Origin: an uncultured Acidobacteriaceae bacterium
GTDB taxonomy: Bacteria > Acidobacteriota > Terriglobia > Terriglobales > Acidobacteriaceae
Reading direction: 5' to 3'
NCBI GenBank assembly: GCA_963731525.1
Contig: CAVSWK010000024.1
Coordinates: 72,164 to 136,163 of the forward strand
Length of the DNA: 64,000 bases
A program made the translations under genes and the position numbers. Within the stretch, counting starts at the first letter, position 1; the number at the start of each line of letters is the position of its first letter. Under the pieces are notes generated by a model. That model was not told the DNA's origin and did no database searches. It was given only the letters and a program-made list of their open reading frames with translations. Shown piece by piece: positions 58,574-64,000 of the stretch.

Positions 58574-61500
58574 CGTGCGCTGCTTCGCCTTTGCGAATTC
58601 GAACTTTCTGCTCCGGCAGATCCTGAAAGCCGTTCTTGCTGACCTTGACTACGTAGTCCTTCGGCTCCAGGTTCGAAATTCGCAACTGGCCGCCTGCGGT
58701 CGTGTCCTTCTGCGGCTGACCGTTGAGGAACACGCGGGCCTTGTCTTCGCCGGTCACCACGACCAGTGTGCCAATGTTCCTGCCCGACTCCAGAAAAGTG
58801 GTGAGCGACGGCATCGGCCCGGCGTCGACATCAAGCTTGTACTGGTCACTGCCCTGGGTCAGCGTCAGTTCATGAGTGCCGGACCTCACTTGTGTGAGCT
58901 GCCAGCCGTCCTGACCAATGGCAGTCGGAGTTTGCCCGTCCCAGCTGAGTTTGGCCGCGGGATCGCTGACAAACACCTGCAAGCGGTCGCCGAGGTTGCT
59001 GACAACCACCGCCAACACGCCCTTCGCTGTGATCGGTCGCTTGACCACCGGCATGGCGCCGGCCTCAGTCGCGAAGCTGAACGACGCACTGCCTTGCGGC
59101 CCATCAAACTTGAGCTTGTGCTCGCCGGGCCCGATGTTATTGAGCGTCCACTGCGCGCCTCCAAGATCGACCGGCGACTGGTCGTCAAACGAGACTTTCC
59201 CGACGCCGGTGTCCGACGACAGCTCCACCACCGCCAGCGCCGGCTCAAGGGTTAATTCGATGGAGTTCGGCGCCCCGGCTTTGGCATCGAAGGCCACGGT
59301 CTGGGGCTGGTAACCCTGCAACTGCGCTTCGATCTGATAAGTTCCTCCCGGCAGATCGATTTGCAGATCCGACACGCCGCGGACTTCGTGGTTGACGCTT
59401 ATGGTGGCACCCGCGGGGGTAGTGTGCACCAGCACGCCGAACTGGGCAACAGGTGGCGGCGCACTGGCAGGACGAGGATGCCTCCCCAGGAGCCAGAACA
59501 CCAACAACAAAGCCACCACCGAGGCTCCCGCCACAACCATTTGGCCGCGTGAAAGTTTCACGGGAGGTTTCGGACGCTTTGGACCGGTTATCGCGGGCCG
59601 GGGTCTGGCGGGCGCAGGTTTAACTTCTGATGACGGGGGAACCGCAGGCGTAATAGCCGCCAAAGGAGGCGCTGGTGGACTCTTTGTCTCAGCCGCGGAC
59701 GGCGCTCCATCGATTGTCGGCGTAGAGTACAGCGACATAGTGCTTTGGCCGGCATCCGAGCCGACAACCTCCCCCTGCTGATCCGACTTGCGCTCTTCCC
59801 GGCCCTGACTCGGTTTCTTTCCCTGAACCGTGGCCACGTTTAGGCGTTGCAAAAGGCCATTCGCCGAAGACAAAACCTCTTCGTCGTCCAGGTAGCGATT
59901 GGCCAGTGCCAGCACGCGTTCGGCAGAGGCCTGCCTGGTCGCAGCGTCGGAGAGCGTTTCGGCTTCCTGCTCCATGCGGCGCAGTTCTCCGAGATCACGG
60001 CGCCTGGCCTGGCCGCGCTGCGCCAGCAGTTCCCGCTGCAACGTGTCTTGAGTCTGGACCAGCCTGGGCTCACGGGGATATACCGCCAGCGCTTCCTCGA
60101 TGCGCGCCCGCGCCCCCGCCACATCTCCTGCAGCTTGCAGCTTGCGTGCCTGGGAAAGGAATTCACTAACCAACTGTTCCCGCTTTTGGTCGGAAATCAG
60201 CGTGCGCACCGTCTTGGCCAGGGGATGACCAGGATTCAGGTCGACCGCCTGCTGCGCCAGGCGGTCGGCTTCCTGCCAGTTGCTCTCCGCTATCACGCGG
60301 GCTTGTTCGAGGAGTGCATTGCAAAGCACGGCCCGGGTCAGTGCATTGTGCTCGTCCAGTTCGTAGGCCTCGCGCAGGAGCTTGATTCCTTCCACGGCCC
60401 GGTTTTGTGCGCACAGTTCCTGGCCTTCGGTCATCAGGCGATGCGCCTCTGTCGAACGCTGCACTCCGTCGTTGGCCAGCTTCTCCAGTTCGGCCAGTTC
60501 GGCATCGTTCGGGAATTCCGCCTTCGCCTGTTGCAGCAAGTCCAGGGCGCGCGCGTAGTCGCTGGAATGTATGCAGGCATCGATCTTTTCCACCCACCCG
60601 GTTTTTGCCTCGATGCGGCTCTGCTGCTCGCGACGTTTCTGCAGCCGCTCCACTTCAAACTTCAAGCCAGGATACTGGCTGTAGATGGTTCGCAGGATTT
60701 CCCAGTCATTGAGCGCGTCTCCGAATGCACCTTCCGCTTCATGATGGAGGGCGCGCGCGACGATGGAGTTCACCAGGTCGCGCTTGTCTTTCACCGGCCG
60801 CAGCGCGCGCTCGAAGTGGGTCTCCCCAGGATGCTGCTCCAGGGCTTCTTTCAGGATGTTCACCCGCTTGTCGAGATCAGGCTCGGCTTCCACTTGCCGG
60901 TCGATGGCCGCAATGTACGCCGAAAGTTCCTGCCGCTGCTGTTCTTCGATGTCGTACTTGAGCGCCTGAAAAATCGCGTTGTTGGGATACTTCGTGACGT
61001 AGGTTTCGCAGGTGGCGAGCGCTTTGCTGAAGTTGCGCTCCCTTAGCTGCTTTCGCGCTTCAGCGTACGCGGTGTTCATCGCGTCATGTTCGGAGCGGAC
61101 CTCGTTGTAAAGACTCTGGTAGGTGGCGTCGTGCTCTGGAGTCGAAGCATCGGGCGCACGCCGGTCCAGTTCCAGAACCACCGCCAGCTTACTGAGTGCG
61201 CTGCTAACGTCTCCCTTCTGCCAGGCTTCCATGGCCGCACGGTGAATTTGCGTCTTTTCCTGGCGTAGCTTGTTGTATTCGTGCTCCTGGCGATCGACCT
61301 CAGCGATGAGTTGCAAGGCACGGCCTTCCTTCGGCCGGAGTTGCAGCACGTTTTGCAGAGCTTCGAGCGCGTGCGGGTAGGCGTGATTGTCGATGTGCTG
61401 GCGTGCCAGCCGGTACCAGTTCTCAATCTGCTTGTCGCTGCGCCGGTTTTCGATTTGGCTCCTCAGCGACAAAGCCTGCGCGTTGTCCGGTTCCATCTCC

Positions 61501-62597
61501 AGGATGTCCTGGAGCTTCTGCAGTGCCAGCGGGTCTTCTTGCTCTTCGAAGCGGGCTTTGGCGGCTTCCAGGAGCTGCGCAATCGTCTTGCGCCTTACGG
61601 CCGCATCGAGCTGATGGCGCAACCTGCTGATCGAACTGTCGATGTGGCCTTCCGCTTCCAGTTCGCCCAGAATTTCTCCAGCAAACTGGTAGTCACCACT
61701 TTCCAGCGCCTTGGTGGCGCGTTCCAGCCGCGGCCGTGTGCGTGAGGAATCGAAGAACTCGATCGGCTCATTGCGCAACGCCTTGTTAAGGACCTCGCTG
61801 AACTCGCGCGCACTCGAGAAACGGTGCCACGGCTGCTTGGCCATGCCCTTGTGCACCACCCGCCCAATGGATTGGCTTACGGCGGGATTGATCTCCGAAG
61901 CCGGCGGCGGAACCTGCTTCCGAATTGCTTCGACAATCTCGTCTGGCCGCGCTCGCTGGAAGGGTTGCCGGCCGGTGAGCGCTTCGTAGCACACCACGCT
62001 TAGCGAAAAGATGTCGGACAGAGCCGACAGCGGTTTCATCTCGATCTGCTCCGGGGACATGTAGAGCAGCGTACCCTTGAGTGCCCGGGTGGAACGGGTT
62101 TCAGTTATGTGCGCGACACCGAAATCGATGATTTTCACCGAGTCGTCTTCCATTACGAAGATGTTGCTCGGCTTCAGGTCTCGGTGCACCAGGCCGCGCT
62201 CGTGCGCCGCCTGCAGGCCCCGGCAGGCCTGGGTAATAATTCCGACCGTGCGCTCCACGGTCAGCCGGTGGCTGGCCTTGCGGATAAATGTCTCCAGGGT
62301 TGTACCCGGCAGGAGCGGCATCACGAAGTACGGCTTGTTCTTGCCCCCCTCCTCGAACTCACCGATGTCGAAGATCTCGACAATGTTGGGATGGCTCATG
62401 GAGGCCAGCACATCACATTCGCGGTAGAACAGCTGCAGCGAGGCAGGATCGGGGATGTCGAGGATGGTCTTAACGGCCACTTCGCGCCGAATGACGGTAT
62501 CATAGGCGCGATAAACCACTCCCATGCCGCCTTGCCCTAACACCTCTCTTACTTCGTAGCGGCCGGCCAGTTTGCGCGGAACAAGGGAACCCTCCAT
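58491..62597 (-). CDS. Ser/Thr protein kinase with long TPR-like region, TM helix and PEGA-like extracellular domains
   Basis: GQGGMGVVYRA, HRDLKPSNIFV, GTLLYMSPEQ. Helical repeats across ~aa 300-900. TM helix MVVAGASVVALLLVFWLLG. Confidence 0.9.
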   Translation of the reverse strand: MEGSLVPRKLAGRYEVREVLGQGGMGVVYRAYDTVIRREVAVKTILDIPDPASLQLFYRECDVLASMSHPNIVEIFDIGEFEEGGKNKPYFVMPLLPGTTLETFIRKASHRLTVERTVGIITQACRGLQAAHERGLVHRDLKPSNIFVMEDDSVKIIDFGVAHITETRSTRALKGTLLYMSPEQIEMKPLSALSDIFSLSVVCYEALTGRQPFQRARPDEIVEAIRKQVPPPASEINPAVSQSIGRVVHKGMAKQPWHRFSSAREFSEVLNKALRNEPIEFFDSSRTRPRLERATKALESGDYQFAGEILGELEAEGHIDSSISRLRHQLDAAVRRKTIAQLLEAAKARFEEQEDPLALQKLQDILEMEPDNAQALSLRSQIENRRSDKQIENWYRLARQHIDNHAYPHALEALQNVLQLRPKEGRALQLIAEVDRQEHEYNKLRQEKTQIHRAAMEAWQKGDVSSALSKLAVVLELDRRAPDASTPEHDATYQSLYNEVRSEHDAMNTAYAEARKQLRERNFSKALATCETYVTKYPNNAIFQALKYDIEEQQRQELSAYIAAIDRQVEAEPDLDKRVNILKEALEQHPGETHFERALRPVKDKRDLVNSIVARALHHEAEGAFGDALNDWEILRTIYSQYPGLKFEVERLQKRREQQSRIEAKTGWVEKIDACIHSSDYARALDLLQQAKAEFPNDAELAELEKLANDGVQRSTEAHRLMTEGQELCAQNRAVEGIKLLREAYELDEHNALTRAVLCNALLEQARVIAESNWQEADRLAQQAVDLNPGHPLAKTVRTLISDQKREQLVSEFLSQARKLQAAGDVAGARARIEEALAVYPREPRLVQTQDTLQRELLAQRGQARRRDLGELRRMEQEAETLSDAATRQASAERVLALANRYLDDEEVLSSANGLLQRLNVATVQGKKPSQGREERKSDQQGEVVGSDAGQSTMSLYSTPTIDGAPSAAETKSPPAPPLAAITPAVPPSSEVKPAPARPRPAITGPKRPKPPVKLSRGQMVVAGASVVALLLVFWLLGRHPRPASAPPPVAQFGVLVHTTPAGATISVNHEVRGVSDLQIDLPGGTYQIEAQLQGYQPQTVAFDAKAGAPNSIELTLEPALAVVELSSDTGVGKVSFDDQSPVDLGGAQWTLNNIGPGEHKLKFDGPQGSASFSFATEAGAMPVVKRPITAKGVLAVVVSNLGDRLQVFVSDPAAKLSWDGQTPTAIGQDGWQLTQVRSGTHELTLTQGSDQYKLDVDAGPMPSLTTFLESGRNIGTLVVVTGEDKARVFLNGQPQKDTTAGGQLRISNLEPKDYVVKVSKNGFQDLPEQKVRIRKGEAAHVDVQFEADSASGVALHPGRTPWGTGAD

Positions 62598-62750
62598 GAC
62601 ACTCCCCCGGGGAGGTCAACGATCTTAGCAGGCATTGGGCCTTTGCTCCAAGACCGCCCGTTCCGCAGGCGCTAGCACGTTGGCGTGGTGGCACCGGAGG
62701 TCTATCCGGTATATCATGTGCCTCAAGTTTGGACTGGCCCCCCGCACTTC

Positions 62751-64000
62751 ATGGAGCAGGTACCGTCAAATAGAATCGAGGACTTGATCCGCGAGCGAGC
62801 TCGCCTCGATGTTGAGCTCGAACGGTGCAAAGAGCTGGTCACGATCTTGTTGGTAGACATTGTAGGGTCCACCCGATTCTACGACGAACATGGTGATGTG
62901 GCCGGTCTGGTGATGGTCCAGAAATGCCTGGACCTGCTCATCCCGCTGATCGAGCAACGCAATGGGATTGTGATCAAAACCATTGGCGATGCGATTCTGG
63001 CGCGTTTCTGCAACGTGGAGGAGGCAGTCCAGTCCGCAATGCAAATCCAACGCGATCTTTCCGATCGCAATCAGCATCGTGCTCCGACCGATCAAATTCA
63101 TGTTCGCGTGGCCATCAACCTCGGCCTGGCTCTCCTGAAAGGCAACGACGTCTTCGGCGACGTGGTCAACGTCACCGCACGTATCGAAGGCGCCACTGAC
63201 GCAGACGAGATTGCGATTTCCCCTTCGGTTTACGAGAAGATCCAGCACCGTTGGGGAACCCGGGTTCGCAGAAAGGCCTCGGGAGTAGAACTGAAAGGCA
63301 AGTTAGGAAAACTGGACCTTTATGCGGTGGAGTGGCGAGCGGAAATGACAGCCGAGCCCTCCCCTCCGCGGCCGTCGAGCGACCAACTGATCAAAGCCAC
63401 GGGTCTACACGATTTTGCGGATTTGTTGCGCCCCAGTGCCCCCGGTTCGCTGGTTGGAAGGCCCGGCGTGTCACCGCGGCAACCTGGCTTGGACAAGACG
63501 GCAGTGCTGGGGGCAAAGGAAATAGAGGTAGAAGAGTCTCCCGACACCGGTGTACGGTTCGTGTTGCAGCAAGTTTTTTCCGATGGCTCTTTCGGGCAAC
63601 GCCATAATCTCGACCACCCTGGAATGATCGCCGGGCAGAAGGGTGAAATCGCTTTAACCGAGGATCCGCAAATCGCCGCGCAGCACGCCCGTTTCACCCA
63701 ACTCGGCGCCGAAGTTTACGTTGAAGACATGGCAAGCTCTTGCGGAGTCTACCTCCAGGTTCGCGAACCGCAGCGATTAAAAGATGGCGACGTGATCCAG
63801 ATCGGCCAGCAGCGTCTGCGTTTTGTCATTCAAGGACAACCTATTCCTGCGGCGCCTGCCGTGTCCCTTGATCGCACGGCGGCCTTGACCAGCCCCTTCG
63901 CGAAAGCGCCAGCAGCAGCCTCGTTGTTCTTGCTCAACTCCAACGATCGGGAAACTGATCGTTACGAACTTCGGGGCGTCGAGACCTCCTTCGGGCGTTC
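62751..64000 (+). CDS. class III adenylate/guanylate cyclase fused to FHA domain(s), partial (runs off the window)
   Basis: My own translation from ATG 62751: LLVDIVGSTRF, IKTIGDAILARF, GDVVNVTARIE (cyclase), then GQKGEIALTEDPQIAAQHARF...DGDVIQIGQQRLRFV (FHA). It is absent from the ORF track because there is no stop codon inside the window. Confidence 0.8.
   Translation, partial: MEQVPSNRIEDLIRERARLDVELERCKELVTILLVDIVGSTRFYDEHGDVAGLVMVQKCLDLLIPLIEQRNGIVIKTIGDAILARFCNVEEAVQSAMQIQRDLSDRNQHRAPTDQIHVRVAINLGLALLKGNDVFGDVVNVTARIEGATDADEIAISPSVYEKIQHRWGTRVRRKASGVELKGKLGKLDLYAVEWRAEMTAEPSPPRPSSDQLIKATGLHDFADLLRPSAPGSLVGRPGVSPRQPGLDKTAVLGAKEIEVEESPDTGVRFVLQQVFSDGSFGQRHNLDHPGMIAGQKGEIALTEDPQIAAQHARFTQLGAEVYVEDMASSCGVYLQVREPQRLKDGDVIQIGQQRLRFVIQGQPIPAAPAVSLDRTAALTSPFAKAPAAASLFLLNSNDRETDRYELRGVETSFGR

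Noticed and set aside
59847-61046. 399-aa plus-strand ORF
   Set aside because: It is antisense to the TPR region of the Ser/Thr kinase.

Overview
This is a 64-kb, high-GC window. Base composition was judged by eye, not computed. Gene content (RHS, FG-GAP, GAF-TonB, and a giant TPR Ser/Thr kinase) suggests a soil Gram-negative, possibly Acidobacteriota, at low confidence.

Layout:
- Left core, 1-7512: a secreted hypothetical protein, aldehyde dehydrogenase, tRNA-Cys and tRNA-Gly flanked by an inverted 53-nt repeat, tryptophan 2,3-dioxygenase, an orphan ABC ATPase, a CheY-like receiver, a PhzF-family protein, a 1-Cys peroxiredoxin, and tRNA-Sec (selC, 7416-7512).
- Accessory block, 7513-50202 (about 42.7 kb): it is divided into three segments by direct repeats of the tRNA-Sec 3' end at 21745-21768, 32795-32860 and 50178-50202. 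I read this as three elements integrated one after another at selC.
- Right core, 50203-64000: a receiver-like/PEP-utilising enzyme, a Big_1-repeat surface protein, a very large Ser/Thr kinase, and a divergent adenylate cyclase-FHA gene that runs off the window end and is absent from the ORF track.

The three segments:
- Segment A (14.3 kb) looks the most intact. It has a tyrosine integrase, an excisionase, an XRE/ImmA-like switch with palindromic operators, and a zinc-ribbon gene coupled to a 40-aa membrane peptide. It also carries an RHS polymorphic-toxin locus that is split by an IS3-family element, plus immunity-like genes and an FG-GAP propeller protein.
- Segment B (11.1 kb) has two paralogous operons. 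Each pairs a small protein with a GAF-TM protein whose periplasmic end is either TonB_C or AMIN-amidase. It also holds a MITE-like inverted repeat, a second identical IS3 copy and a frameshifted IS110 transposase.
- Segment C (17.3 kb) has no integrase. It carries a PNPOx/methyltransferase/radical-SAM-SPASM cluster and a redox/detox cassette bracketed by paralogous secreted-protein genes. It also has a glycosyltransferase operon, DoxX, a transglutaminase-like protein, and an SBP56 selenium-binding-family protein coupled to a metal-transporter-like membrane protein.

Several large genes contain single-nucleotide +1 frame breaks, so either the assembly has errors or the genes are decaying. No rRNA genes or CRISPR arrays were seen.
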